Positions 24,331 through 38,210 of a DNA stretch of 64,000 bases are shown here, in pieces. The stretch is from positions 124,001 to 188,000 of the forward strand of contig QPMI01000478.1 in the NCBI GenBank assembly GCA_004431415.1, given 5' to 3'. A program made the translations under genes and the position numbers. Positions within the stretch are counted from its first letter, which is position 1; every line of letters starts with the position of its first letter. Under the pieces are notes generated by a model. It had not been told where the DNA came from and did not search any database. It was given only the letters and a program-made list of their open reading frames with translations. This DNA comes from Cyanophora paradoxa CCMP329 (lineage: Eukaryota; Plantae; Glaucophyta).

Positions 24331-26407
24331 ATGCCGCGCCCCGGTCCCGCTTCGACGCCGATCGCGAGCGCGGTGCATGCATGCTTAACCGCTGAATTCG
24401 AACTTGCATTTGGCCAGGTGCAGCTGCAGGATCCGGATCCGGAGCCTGCGCAGGAGAGCGGTCTCCTCGAGTGGGTACGGCATCACAAGCTTTTTGTCGT
24501 CATCGGCGCTGGCGGCATTGCAATGGCGAACGCTATCGCCCCTCGCTCGCGTCGCGGAGCGCAGCAGCGAGAGCGTGCGACAGCGCTAGCTTTAGAGAAC
24601 GCGGGATGTGCCTCGCACTCTTTACCGGAAGCCGCGCGAGCTCGCCAAACGGCGCTGGGGTGGACAGAGCGCGAGCGCCCGAGATTCTGGAAAGACGCGG
24701 AGAGAACGTCAGCGTCTTCACCCGCCGCGACGGGCCCGCCGCGGCCGCGGTCGAGCGCCTGAAGAGCCTGGTGCGCTTGAGGGCAGCTGGCGTTGACGTC
24801 GTTCTCGCTCTTTCCCACCACGTAGGCTAACTCGAATCGCTCGCGCAGTGGCGGTACGATGCTCTGGAGGTTCGAAATCTGCTTGCGCGTGTGCTCTCAG
24901 CGCAGGCCGGAATGGCTGACGGCGGGCGCGCGCCGGCACCGCCGGCCGGCAGGTGGGAGGCCACGTGCAGACGGTCTGCGCTTCGCTCTTCCGAAGGCCG
25001 CCGGAGGGGCTTCACTACGCGCGGCGGGAGATGCGCGCGGAGGACGGTGGCCTCTTCGCCCTCGACTTTGCCGTCTCGTCGCCCGGCGCCCCGCCCGAGT
25101 CGATACCGGACCCGGCGACCCCCGTCCTCCTCCTCATCCCAGGTTCGAAGCGACCCCGCCCGCCCGCCCGCCCGCGCGAGCGCGAGAGCGATCATCTCGG
25201 ATCGCGAACGCGCTGCGCAGGGCTCACGGGCGGCAGCCGTGACCGCTACCTCATGCACCTCGCGGCGGGCGCGCTGCGCGGCGGCTTCCGCCCCGTCGCT
25301 TTATGCCACCGCGGCTCGTCCGGCCTCCCCCTCACCACCGCGCGATTCGTGCGCGACCCGTGCACCCCACGCCTGTCCCCTACCCCCCTGACGTAGATGT
25401 ACCCCCGCAGTACAGCGCGTCAGCCACGGGAGACCTACGCCAGGCCGTGGGATGTCTTCGGGAACTGTACCCCGCCGCGCCCCTCTTCGCTGCCGGCTGG
25501 TCCCTCGGCGCCAATCTGCTCGTCCGGTGCGCATGCAGAGCCGCGTACCCCTCGCCGTGAGTCACGCGGCTCCCAGGTACCTGGGAGAGGAGGCGGGGGC
25601 GTGCCCGCTGGCGGGCGCCGCGAGCCTCGCGAACCCCTTTGATCTGGCCGCCTGCGCGGAGGCCTTCCGGACGGGTACAGTCCACCGCCACGTCTACGAC
25701 CCGCAGCTCACCTCCGCCATGCGCCGCATGTTCCTCAAGCGCGCCCCTACCCCCCCGACACGTCTTCGTACCCCCCTCGCTGACCTGTACCCGTACACAG
25801 GAACCGAGCGCTGTTCGAGCAGAGCAGGGAGCCGTCCTACGACGTACCCCGCGCCCTCAAGGTACCCCAACCGCGTACCCCCCGCCCGCCCGCGTTCCGA
25901 GCATTTTCGACGCAGTCGAAGACGATCGCGGAGTGGGACGCCGGTACCCGCTCCCCCTCCCCTCTCTCCCTCCCCGGTACCCGCCCCCCTTCGCTCACCT
26001 GTACCCCCCGCAGCGATCACGGTACCGTGCTTCGGTTGGCGTGACGCGGCGCACTACTACGCGGAGGCCTCCTCCAAGCTCTCCCTTCCCCGAGTCGCCG
26101 TACCCCTCCTTTGCGTGAACGCGGCCGACGACCCAATCGCCGTACCCGGGGCGATCCCCTACGACTCCCTCGCGTGCGTGCTCGCCGCCTCGTCGCCCGA
26201 CCCGTCCCCCCCTCTCCTCGAACCTGAAGCTTCGTTCGCAGGGGGAACGGGCGGGTGGCGATCGCTGTGACGCGGTACGGGGGCCACAACGGGTGGCAGG
26301 CGGCGGGCGAGCCGCTGGGCGCGCCCTGGACCGACGGGCCCGTCATCGAGTTCTTCCGCTCGCTCCTGCTGGGCGCGGGGGCCTCCGCCGCGGGGCCCGA
26401 GCCCTGA
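24331..26407 (+). CDS. Alpha/beta hydrolase, ABHD1/3-YheT-Eht1 family, multi-exon
   Basis: GHVQT, DGGLFALD, LLIPGLTGGS, HRG, GWSLGANLL (nucleophile), NAADDP (acid), YGGH (His); start codon uncertain. Confidence 0.9.
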
Positions 26408-26611
26408 TCATGTAGCCCCCTCATGTACTCACCCCTTAATTGCGATTACGGCCCCTCCCACCGTCTGCATATGGAGCGCGCGCGCGCTTCCCTAATCGGC
26501 GCTTTCGACGGGGCTATCAATTCTGCCACGGGGGCAGATCGAGATGCCACTGCTAGCTACAGCTGCGATATAATCTAAATATGTACGTAGCACACGAGCG
26601 CTGCCCTACAG

Positions 26612-29254
26612 CTACTCGAGCCGCCAGCGGTCGCCGAGGAGGGGCCGGATGGCGCCCCAGTCCGACTCGTCCCCGGGGCCCCGGGCGAGCACGAGGTCCC
26701 CCGGGGCCGGTGCCGGGCGCGCCGCCATGGACGCCAGCGGCGCCAGCGCCGCGAGCCGTTCAGCGCTGGCGGCGGCAGCGGCGGCCGGCTCCGCGAGGGT
26801 CAGCGAGGCCCTCCGCAGGCGCGTGCACGCCGCAAGCGCCTCGCTCTCCTGCACGGAGGGGTGCACCATGTCCCGATCGTACTCCTCGAGGGTGTCCTGG
26901 GGTACAGCTTTCAGAGAGGCGCAGCGGGGTACGGAAAAGATTGAGACCGGACCCGGTACCCACCTTTGCGGCGCGGAGTACGGCGGTTAGGGCGACTTGA
27001 AAAGCGGCGTCGCGGAAGGGTAGAGCGCCCGGGAACGAGAAGGTGAGAAGCAGGGAGCGGAGGGAAGGGGGGCCGGACGGGAGCGCGGCGGCGAGGGCGG
27101 CGAGGGAAGTAGTGAGCCGCGCGGGCGTGTAGCTCGTGAAGTGGACCGAGAAGCGTTCCAGGGCGGGCAGGCGGGCTACGACGGCGAAGCACTCGTCGTA
27201 CGGCTCGCAGCTGCGGGGTACGGCATTACGGGGCGGCGAGGAGGGGGGGGGTGGAGGTGGCTTGGAGAGCGCACGGGCCGAGGGAGAGGGAGCGAATCTG
27301 TTTAGGGGAGGGGGGGGGGCGAAGGTGAGGGGGTACAGAAATATAAGAGGTGGAGAAGGACGAAGAGGGGAGGGGAAATAAGCACCTGCGCGGTGGTGGC
27401 GAGGGTATGCCAATCCTGGAAGTCCCCGACCAGGACCAGGGTACGCAGGCTCTCCTGTGGCCCGGGGACGCGTCAGACGGACGCGGGGCGGGGCGGGGTA
27501 CCGCGAAAGTCGGAGTCGGAAGGGGCGTACGATGCTCGCGACGTCGGCGAGGAGCGAGGAGCTGCCGTAGTACATGCCCAGGGTGTCCGCCTCGATCTCG
27601 AGCTCCTCCAGACGCGGCGAGGCGATCTTGGGGGGGGGGGGGGGGGGGGGCGAGACGGGAGAGAAAGCAGGGGGGGGGGGGGGGGGAGGACGCGCCTCGG
27701 GGAGGGCCAGGAGGTGGCTCACGTGGAGGGAGAGGGCACGGAGGCGGGGCAGCCTGCAGAGGGGTACCACGACCGAGTCGCACAGAGCCTCCCCAGCGTT
27801 TCCCCAGGGGCGCGCCCCGCCGAACGTCGCGCGGAGCTCCTGGGAGGGCGTGAGGGGTACTGCTGAGCAGCGGGCGGGGGGGGGGGTACAGCGGCGGACC
27901 TCGAGGTCGGGGCAGAGGCGCTCGACGGCGGCGGCGAAGGCGACTCGGGAGGCTGTGGCTTGGTCTGGCGGAAGGGAGCCGTCGGGATCGCAGTGCGCGA
28001 TCCGGAGGGACCGCAACCCGCCGAGCGCCGGCGCGACCTGCACCCCGCCTGTGAGAAAAGGGGCGCCGGCGGGATTCGAGCCGCGGACCTCGTCCAGGAG
28101 CTCAGCGGAGAAGCCGACGCAGCCGGCGAGGTCGAGGCTCCGGAGGGCCGTCAGCCGCCGCAGCCCCGCCGCGATCGCCTCGCGCGCCGCGCCCTCTGTC
28201 CAAGGATTGGATAGGGGTACGCGGATCTGGAGGGCCGGGCGCACGCGGCAGGTTGCGTTGCTCGTCAGTCTGGAGGCGGACGCTGAGCTCCTCGAGGGTG
28301 CCCGCCACGGGCGCCAGGGCCGCCAGCAGCGCCCCCGCGTACGCGTGCCGCGCGTTCGCTCGCGTCTCTCGACTCTCGCCTTCTGTCGAGGGGACGACGT
28401 CCCTGGAAGAACCAGTCAGAGCGGAGGGCGGCGCGCGCAGGGCGCTGCGCTCGCACCCGTGCCAGGCGACGAAGCGGCGGAGCCCCTGCAGCGAGGAGGC
28501 GAACGAGAGGAAGGGCCTGGCCGGCTCAGGCATCCAGAACGAAGAGCTGATCGTATGGGCGGTCGAACTGGATCCGAATGAGCGCACTCAGAGCAGCAGA
28601 ATATTGAGAGCGCGGGAGCGTGCACCCGGGCTCAGCGTCTTCTGTTCGCCACACGTACATGTCCAGTTCGACGGCGCCGCCCGCGGCGATGCGAAGGGCG
28701 CCCGACCTCACGCGCCGCGCCCACGACCGGAGCTCCGCCTCAGGCAAGTCGCGGTAGCGCGAGAGCCCGATTCGCTGCCCCCGGAGCACGAGAGCGTCGA
28801 ACTCCGTCGCAGCCAGCACCTCGCGCATCCGGCGGCTGACGAGCGGGAGGCGGCAAACTCCCCACGCCTCCCGCAGGCCCAGAAAGCCGACGACGCGCTT
28901 CAGCAGCTCGTCCGGCAGCCGCTCAAGAGCGGAGAAGTCCGACGCGGCCCGCGGCGCGGGCTGCTGCTGGTGCGCGGGAGCTGCAGCTGCGGGCTCGCTG
29001 CAGGGTGCGGGCCCCTCGCGCAATTCCATCTGCCGCTTGTCGCACACTGAAGACGAGCCGGCGCTGTTAACGTTCGAGCCGGCCGGTGCTGCCGAGCTGC
29101 TCGACGCGTACGCCGCGATCTGGCTCGCCGCGCCCGCTCTTGAAGACGCTGCCTGGACTGCTTCCCCGTGCCGGTCCTCTGCGTCACTGGCCTTCTCCGC
29201 ATCCCCCTCCTCGCCGCTGGCCGCCCTGCCGCGCTTCTTGCCGCCCCGAGCCAT
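26612..29254 (-). CDS. F-box protein with LRR-like repeats, multi-exon
   Basis: LERLPDELLKRVVGFL...LVSRRMREV F-box motif; LTALRSLDLAGC and LRSLRIAHC LRR-like segments. Confidence 0.75.
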
Positions 29255-29443
29255 CCGGCGCGACTCGGCTGGGCGGCTGCGGGGCGGCGCGGCCGACTCG
29301 GCCGAACGAGTGCTCGCGTTCGCTCGGGCCTCGTACTGTGAGTCGTACGTATACAGGACAGCAAAAATTGGGGGCCTTGGGGGTAAGTTGGGGCCCGGGG
29401 GGGGGTACGCGCCGTCGGCAAGCCCCAAGGTTTAAGCGACCGC

Positions 29444-31276
29444 ATGCTCGCCGGCATCGATATCAAGAGCGCGCAGGACGTGCTCCGCCTTGTGAATCGT
29501 GCGGCCCCGCCCCAAGCGCGATCGTTTGCGGTTGATCTTAGCTTGACGCTCTTTCATTCCGCAGCGCCTGGCGGCTCGGAATCGGTTGGAGGGCGCAACA
29601 TGCGTGGCGAGTCCATTCCAGCGCGCGGAGGAAGCGCGCAGGAGGAGAGCGAAAAGTGGCCTGAGCGCCGGCGCGAGTCGCCGGCGATCGTTGCGTACGA
29701 GAAGCTCGTCGAGAAGCTCGAGGAGCACGGCCTCAGCGAGCTCGACGCGGCTCAGATCGTCAGCGACGCGAGCGCCGGCGGCGACACGCGCGTGCGCGCG
29801 GCCGGCTTCAGCGATGTGTACGCGGTCGCGGCGCGCGTCGGGCGCGTCCCTTCAACGCAGGGCGAAGAGCCGGACGCCGCGCTGGCCCCGTTCTTCTCGT
29901 TCCGGCTGCTGGCGCGGACAGACAAGTTCTCGATCGACGAGAGCGACGCGTGGGGGCCGGAAGCGCCGCCGGAGGAGCGGAGCTATCCCCTGCGCGCCTC
30001 GCTGCAGCGTGGCCGCGACCTCCCGCCTGCGCGCGCCTCCGCGCCCGCCGCGGCGCGCCGGCGCGAGGTCGAGAGCGCCGCCCGGGGCCCCTGCGTCCGC
30101 CTGCAGACGGGCGCCGACCGCGACCGCGCGGCGGGCGACGCGCTCTTCGTCTTCCCCTCCGCCGCCGCGCCCCGCCGCTCGCCGCTCGCGGGGCGCCGGC
30201 GACGCCGCGCCAGGTCCGCGTCGCGTCCCTCCGCGTCGCCCTCGACCCGCCGGGCGGGCGCGTCTGCGAGCACTGGCGGGCCTCCTCCCCGCCGCCCCGT
30301 ACGGTCCGCCGCCCGCCGCCCGCCGCCCGCCGCCGCCGCCGGCGCCGCCCGACTGCCGCGCGCGCGCAGGGTCGCCGCTGGTGCTCTGGCAGCTCTCGGA
30401 GGACGACGTGCGGCCGCTGGTGGCCGCGGGGCGCTCCGCGACGCTCGCGCCGGCGCGCGTCGCGCTGCCGTCCGACGAGGGCCTCGTCCTCTGCTCGGGC
30501 GCCGTCGAGGAGCTCGTGCCGGCGCCGCCCTCGCCCGCCAACCCCGTCGTCGTCCGCTGCACGGTGCCCGCGGCCCCCGCGCGCCCGCGGCGGGCCCGGG
30601 CCGACCGGACGAGGGCGGCCGCGCAGGCGGAGGACGACGGGCGCGTCGTCACGGGCCGCGCCTTTGCGGCCGAGCTCTACGAGGACTTCGCCCTGGGCCC
30701 CGCCGGTCCGCCCGCCGCCGGCAAACTCCGCCCGCGCCGCCCGTTGCGCTCTGACGTACTTCGCAGCCGCGCCGCTCCTCATCGAGGACCCCCAGGCCCG
30801 CCCCGTGTACCCCTGCGGGTCCCCGCAGCCGCCCCGACGCTCCGCGCAGCACGACGCGTTCCCCGGGGCGGAGCGCTGCGACACCTGCGCCCCGTGCCTC
30901 GCCGCGGGGCGTGCGCAGTCGCTGGAAGACGAGCCGCCCTTCGAGTCCGTACCCCCCTCCGCCTTCACCGTACCCCGCCGAGCCTGTCCGCCCGCCCGCC
31001 CGCCCGGCAGGTCCCGCGGGGTCGGGTCCACCGGCTTCGTGCGGGCGCGGCGCCTCGTCCCGCCCGTGGCCGACGCCGGCGCGGTCGACTGGGACGCCCT
31101 GTGCGCCCTCCCTCTCTCCCCCCCCCCCCCCCCCCCCCCCCTTCTCCCCGCCCTCGCCGAGCCTCCTCCCCCATCGCAGGGTACAGGCGTACCTCGGCTG
31201 CTGCGAGGCCGCGATGCGCCATCGAGCCACGGCGAGCCCGTGCCTCCCGAGCTCGTGGCTTACAATTACCGCTTAG
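29444..31276 (+). CDS. Hypothetical multi-exon protein
   Basis: Protein-like reading frames separated by short GT/GC-AG introns; no family recognised. Confidence 0.5.
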
Positions 31277-34200
31277 ATTCGAGAGGCCTAGAAGCTTTCA
31301 CCTTCTTAAATTCAATCTAATCTTATCTGATGCGAGCCTTTTGTTAATCCCTCTAAGCTAGATGACGCTCTTCTCGAGACTCTCGAACCAGCTCCGCTCT
31401 TAACCTCGCCTCGATCCCGGTTGGTCCGAGCGCCCCCCGCAGGCCGAGGCGCCCCCTGTCCCCGACGCCGACCCCCTACGCCAGTCGATCAAGGTAGCCC
31501 CCCTCCCCCCCTTCTCCCTCCACCTCCCCCCCCCCTCGGCTGGCTGCCTGGCTGCCCGGCTTGCCGGCTTGTCTGATCGGCGCCGGGCGCCCCTTCAGCG
31601 GGCGGCGGAGCACCGGAAGCTCCTCGGGGTGCGTTCCTTAGAAGCTAGGAGCGCAAAAGGAACCAGACTCTCTTCATTCTCTTCCTTTTAGCCTTTAGAC
31701 TCTGACGCGGTGCCGGACGCTCTTAGCCTTCAATTGGCACAGGAGGGCTCAGTAAGCTTTCGGACTCTGCCGCGGCGCTCCTGCAGGCTCACTGAGGCCG
31801 CTGGCGCTCGCTCCTAAGCTAGGCGCTGGGGAGATTCTATTCCTTTCTCTTCTTATTACAAGATAGAGAAAATCTGGTTCCTTCTAACCTTTATCGACTC
31901 TAGTGCTCACTGAGGCCGCTGGCGTTCGCTCCGGCAGGTGGCGGAGGGGCTATTGCGAGACATGGAAGGACCGGTGCGCCCGCCCCGCCCCGCCCCGCCC
32001 CGCCGCCCGCCCCTGTGCCCCCGCGCCCCGCGGCCGGCGGCTAGCTACAGGTGGCGCAATAGGCCAATCGTAGAACTCTTAGCGTCAGCGAACTTTAGCC
32101 AGCAAGGCCAGCCGGGGGCTGGGTGGGCGTACCCCCCGTCTGACGGGGGTACAAGATCTAGAGCTAATTAAACCGGGCGGGGGCCGGACGGGGGCCTGCC
32201 TAGCTCAGCTGACCGCTCGTTCACATCCGGTGCGAAGGGCGGCGGAGGGGGGCAGCTGGAGGAGGACCGGGAGGGGCAGTGGCCGCAGCCCGCCCCCGGC
32301 CCCCGCCGCCCCGGGGCCCCCGTCCAGCCCCTCTACCCCTTCGACTTCCAGGCCCTCCACGGCCGCACGATCTGGATCGGGGGGTACGCGTATCTAGCTT
32401 CCTTCTTGGCTCGGCGCGAATCGACGCCGGGTACCCGTACCGGTCGCAGGGGTATACCGAACTCTGTCTTCCTAGAGGGGCTGGTCCGCTCGCGCGCCGA
32501 ATCGCGTGCCCCCCTTCCGCCCCTCCGATCCGCGCGCCGCAGAACCGCTCGAACAGCGTCTTCGACGCGGTTCGAATCCTCCAGGTTCGTTTTCCGTTTT
32601 CAATTCTCAGAGAATATTTATTCTTCCGATTCTGTTTTTGTCTGCTCACTCTGTACCCTGCAGAGGGTCATGGAGACCGACGATCTGGAGGACCCCTCTA
32701 CCCCCCTTTCCTCCGGGAGCCACCGTAACAAGAAGGCGGTCCGAGAGACCCCCCTCTAGCCCCCTCCCCTCTGTCTCACTCACTCGTACCCCCCTCCGTT
32801 CCCGAACAGGCCGCCTGCCGCCACCTGGGGGAGGTCATCCATCTCGTACGCCGGCTCACCCCCCGCTCCCTTCCGGATCCCCCCCCCTTCTCTTAATCCC
32901 TTCCCCCCTCTCATCCCCACCCCTCTCTCATTCACCCCCCCCCTCCCCCCCCGCAGATCCTGTCGCACTGGTCCTCACCGGACGCGCCGCCCGAGCCCCC
33001 CGAGCTCGCCCACCCGCCCCCGGGGTACGGCCCGCCATGCGCTCCCCTCCCCCCCCTCCCCTCCCCCCCCCCGCCCCCTTCTCTCTCTATCTCCTTAGGG
33101 GGGCGGTGGGGGGGGGGGGGGGGATGAGACACGGGAACGGAGCCTAGCTAGCTAGCTAGCTAGCTAGCTACCTGGCTTGACGCCTGGCCACTCCTCGATT
33201 TCTTCCCCGCTCTTAGACCCCCCCCGCCCACGTTTTCCAGCTTCCGGTGTCGCTCACGGCCTTCTGGGTCGGCAGGTGGGCGCAGGCCGTGCTGGGGACG
33301 ACGGGGGGCGTCTGGCACGCCGCCGCCGCCCGCCTCGCCTTGCCCCAGTGCGCGCGCGTGTCGGCTCGGCTCGGCTCGGCCCGGCGGTCCAAATCGTGTC
33401 TCGAGAAACCGTCATCGGCCCTAGCGTGAGGCCCTTGCTTGTGCTTACGCAGCTCTCCCGCCGGCGCCGCGCAGCCTTGCGCGCAGGATGCGCTCGGACC
33501 CGTCCTTCATTGGCCCTGCCCCGGTGCGCCCCGGCCCGCCCGCCCCGCCCGCCCCGGACTGGCGCCTACGTAGCTCGGGCCCGGCTCGGCTAACGCATCG
33601 CTTGACTCCGCTCCAACTGCACTTTCTCCCCACCTGACCGCGATGCGGCCTTGGCCCCGGCCGCCGCGCCGTCCCGCAGGCTGCGTCGTCGGCGCTGGCC
33701 GAGTCGGATTTTTTCGAGGCTGCCTGTGATCCCCGCCCCCTCGCCCCACCCCCTCGCCCCGCTCCGCCCCTCCCCCGCCCCGCCCTGCCCTGACGGACGC
33801 CCGGGCGGGCCAGGGTCCGCGGAGCGCCTTGAGCCGGAGGAAGAGATGGTGGCCGAGGCCGCCCGCTCCGGTACCCCCCCCGCCCCCCCCCCACTCTAGA
33901 TTTCGCAGGGGCGCTCCAGCGCCCCTCCGCCCACCCCGCCTGCCCCTCCGCCCCTTCTTTCTTTCTGACCTGTTCCCCTCTGACAGCGGAGGCGGCGGCG
34001 GGGGGCCGCCGGCGCGCCGCGCGCTTCCTCAAAGTCTGCGGGCGGTGCGGCCCCGGCCCCCGGCCCCGGCGAGCTTTAAGGATGACCCCTGGCGACTAGA
34101 GCTTTGAGGGCGACTAAACCCACCAGCCGCTGTCATTAGCAGCAGCGGCGCGGCGCCCGCGCCCCGGCAAGGGCGACTATTTGCCGCTGTCAGCAGCCCC

Positions 34201-35980
34201 TGGCAACTACTACCCGCACTATCAGGCGACGAATTTTAGCGACACGAGCGAAATTTAAGCCCCGTGCCCCAGCAAGAAAAGCGACTAGATCCCATCAGCC
34301 GCTACTATTATCAGCAGGAGCAGCTATTTAGTCTGGGAAAGACGGGTCCTCCCGCCTGCCCGCCCGCCTGCGGGGCCCTGACGCGCGCGCCTTTTGGCCG
34401 CCTGCGGGGCCGCCTGCGGCAGATGGCTCGAGGCCGCCCTTCAAGTCCGCCCCCCCCTCCCATTCCCCCCCCCCCTTTCCCCCCCCCCCATCCCCGCGTC
34501 CCCTCGAGCTCTTTTCCTTACCGCCTCTCGCTCCCCTCCCCTCCTTTCCGCCCCTTCCCGCGCCCGCCCCGCCCTCCTCCTCCTCATCGTTCCCCTCCTC
34601 CTCCCCCCTCTCCCCCTCCCCCCCCCCTGACGGAGGCGGGGCGCCCGCGCAGCTCCGTATGGCCCGCCGGGACGTCTTCGAGGTGGCCCCCAACTTATCT
34701 TAGACGCTACGTTGACTAGCTTATCTAATCTAACTCAATAAGTTATCGAACTCAATAAGACGGTTCTCCACCTCCGAGTTTTCCGCCGGGACGTCTTCGT
34801 GGTTAAAAAGCCGCCAAGTTTGCTTAGATAGAGTCCGACCCCGGCCCGAGGTGGCCCCGGACCTCTACCCCTCCAGCCCGGCCCCCCCCCCCCCCCCCCC
34901 CCCAACGCCCCCCCACGCCCCGAACCAGCACCGCCGCCTCCTCCTCCTCGTCCTCTACCCTGCGCTCGCCGGCCGCGCCGCCGCCCGTCACGCCCGGGCG
35001 GCGGCTCCGCAGCTAAGTTGACTAATTAAATAACTAACTCGGCTGGTCAACTTATTTTAGACGCTTAGTTAACTGACTACACTAAATATATATCCATTCG
35101 TTTTAATACTAGGTTATTTTTGGATTAGTTTAAAAATAGCTATAGTTGCGTTTGTCTTTATATGGGTTCGTAACTAAGCTGGCGGCGGCCCCGCAGCTGG
35201 CGGGGCGGACGCTTATATAACTAACTAAGTTATCCCTAAGTTATCTAACTTGAAACTTATATAATCAACTTATCTAGAAACCTGCCCTAAGTTATCTAAC
35301 TTAATTAGAAACTTATATAATCAACTTATCTATCCTGGCGGGGCCGCTCGCCGCAGCTCGCGGAGCGGACGCTGGCGCTCTCGCGGGCGGCGCACGCCCG
35401 CCGCGACCTCGCCGAGGCCGCCGCCGCCCTCCTCGCCCCCGCCTGGTGCGCTCGAGCTCGGCGCTTGGAGCTTAGAGGGGGCGTAGAGCTCGTAGAGTGG
35501 GGCCGCCCCCGCCCGCCTCGCCCCCGCCTGGTCCGCACCGGGCCGGGGCCTCGGCCGGTGGATGAGCTCAAGCGGGCCGGGCTCAGCCTCGGATGGCTTC
35601 GCGGAGATCGCGGCCGGCCCGACTGGATTAAACGAAGCTTAGAACGTACATAACTCGGAGCTGCTACGCTCCGGTGGCGCCCGGAGGCTTTCTGACGGGG
35701 GGCGCCCCCGGGGGCGGCCTCAGGGCGGAGGCAGCCGCGGAGGAAGGGGCGGCGGGCTCGCACGGGGCCCCCGCCACGCCGTCCAAGGGTCCGCCCTCCC
35801 CCAACCTCACCCGCCCTCCATATCCTTCGAGGTCAAGAGAGACTCACAGCTGATCTCGCGCCGTCTTGGGCTCTAGATCCGATCCGAGTAATATTTAGAG
35901 CCGTCCAGAGATCTGAAGAGCGGGCCGCGCAGGGACGCCCGCCAAGGGACCCGCCTCGTTCCTCCCCGCCGGCGCCCTCC

Positions 35981-38210
35981 TTGCCACCGTCGCCAGCGGG
36001 CCCCGCCGCAGGGTGCGTCCCCCCCCTCCCACGCCCGATCTACGGCTTAGAAGCTCCAGCTCACACGAGCGCAGGGGAAGCGCAAGGGCGGCGGCGGGGG
36101 CCGGCCGCCCTTCCCCGAGTACTACGAGAGCCCCGAGGCGGGAGGAGGAGGGGCGGAGGCGGAGGCCGAGGAGGAGCTGCGGGCGGTGCCGTTCTCGCTG
36201 GCGGGGGCGGGCCCCGAGCCCGAGGCGCCGGCGCCCGCAGCGGAGGAGGAGGAGGCCGCAGGCCAGGCCGAGGGCGCGGCAGCGGCAGCGGCTGTCGAGG
36301 CTTTGTCGTTAGCGCCGGCGGCGGAGAAGGCGCCGCAGGCGCCGCCAGCGGCAGGCGCCGCATCGGAGGCGGAAGCTCAGCCACCGGCGCCGGCGCCGCA
36401 GCCGAAGGACGCGGCGGAAGAGCCGCCGGAGCCGCCCGCGGGCGGCCCGCAGGCCCCTCCCGAGCGCGGCGGAGGGGCACCGGCCGGGGGGCCGCGGCGG
36501 GCGCCGCCGGAGCCGCCGCGGGTCCATTGGAGCTGGAGGGGCGACGGAGGAGGCGGGGGCGGGGCCGGGGCCGGCAGCCGGGGCGCCGGCGGCGGCCCAG
36601 GCGTGGCCTTGGCCGCGGGCCGCGGGCGGGGGCGGGGCGCGGCGGGCGGGGCGGGGCCGGCTGCATCGACGCGGCGGCAGACGCGACGGAGGCGGCCCGC
36701 GCGGCGGAGGCCGAAGCCGCCGCGTGGGCCGAAGAGATGGCGTACCCTCCCCACGCCCCGCGGCCCGCGCCGGCCCGCTCGCGCGCCTTCCACACGGGCC
36801 TTTCCGAGGGGGGCGTACCCCTCGAGCCCTCCCCGACGCCCTCGCCCCCCGCCGCGCCCACCGCCCCGGCCCCGACCTCGCCCCCCGCCCCCTCCGGGGC
36901 TTGGGCGCGACACCTCGTACCCCCCTCCACTCAGGCCCGCCACCGAGGCCGGCGGGGCGCCCCGCGGTACCCTCTCATTGTCTCGCTTACCCCCGCGTTT
37001 CCTCCCTTACGCCTTAGCAGCGAACCCCGAACGGAGTGGCGGCGCAAGAGCGAACCCGGCAGCGGCGAGGCCCCCGCGGGTGCTTCCCCTCGTACCCCGC
37101 CCCCGCTCCCGCCCCGCCCTGCACAGGTTCAGCTCACGACGGCCGGCAGGCCGGGGGGCGCCTGGCGCCGGGCTCTGGCGGGCCGAGGGGGGCGCCCCGG
37201 CTCCGCGCCCCCCGGTCGGACCGCCTTCAGAGCCCGCGGTCGAAGCCGTCGGCGGGCCCGAAGCGGCCGCGTCCCCCGCGCCGGCGGCGCCGGCCGCGGC
37301 CCCCGAGATGCCGGCCTCGCCCCGGAATTCGAGCCCGGGCGGGGCATGGCCGGGGCGGCGGCGGCGGCGTGGGCGGTGGCGGAGGCGGAGCCGGCGGCGG
37401 CGGAGGCGGAGGAACGGTCCCCTTGGGAGGCGGCCGGCCTCGGCCTCGTGGGCCCCGGCGCGCCCGCCTCGCCCCCCCGCTTCGCGCCCGAGGAGGCGGA
37501 GGCGGTCCCCCCGGAGGCCGCTGTACCCCTGGAGGGGGAGGAGGGGGAGGAGGCTTCGGTACCCCCGGAGGAGGAGGCGGAGGGGGTACCCCTGGGGTTC
37601 GGGGGGGCGGACGCGGAGGAGGGGGCGGGCCGGGGGCCGCCCTCGCCCCCCGCGGCCCTACCCCTCCCGCCCCCGCCGCCCGCCCCCCCGGGGGGATGGA
37701 CCCTGGACGTCCTCCAGCCGCCATTCCGCCTACCCCCGCCCTATACGTACGCGGTACCCGCCGCCCCGCCGCCCCAGCGGCTGCACCCGTACCCCTGGCA
37801 CCCGTACGGGCCCGGCCCCGTACCGGTGGTGCTGGCCCCCACGGCCCGCGGCGTCGCCCCCCCGGCGCCCTTCCGCCTCGTGCCGCAGTACGGCGTACCT
37901 CCGCCGGCTCCGGCAGGCGCCAGCCCCGGCCGGGCCCCCGTCCCGCAGGCGGCTCCGCCTGGTGCACCCCAAGGGTCGGGCGCTCTGGTCGGCTCTCCAG
38001 GCCCCGCCCAGCCGCAGGTGCGATCCTTGCGATTGACGTACTTTGTCTCGTTTTGCTTCCGCGCTGACCCGAACCCGCCCCGCAGATGGTAATCTTCTAC
38101 CCGCCCGTACCCGTCCATGTACCCCCCGGGTCGCCTGCCGCCGCCGCCGCCGCCGCCGCGGCAGCCGCCGCCGCCGCCGCCCCTCTGCGGCGCCCGTGAT
38201 CACATTATGA
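35981..38210 (+). CDS. Hypothetical Pro/Ala/Glu-rich low-complexity protein (3' part; boundaries uncertain)
   Basis: Long Glu/Pro-biased frames and splice-like sites at 38018-38085. Confidence 0.35.

Noticed and set aside
29586-38203. Numerous long overlapping Arg/Pro/Gly-rich ORFs
   Set aside because: Expected from very high GC content; they are antisense or off-frame shadows of spliced genes.
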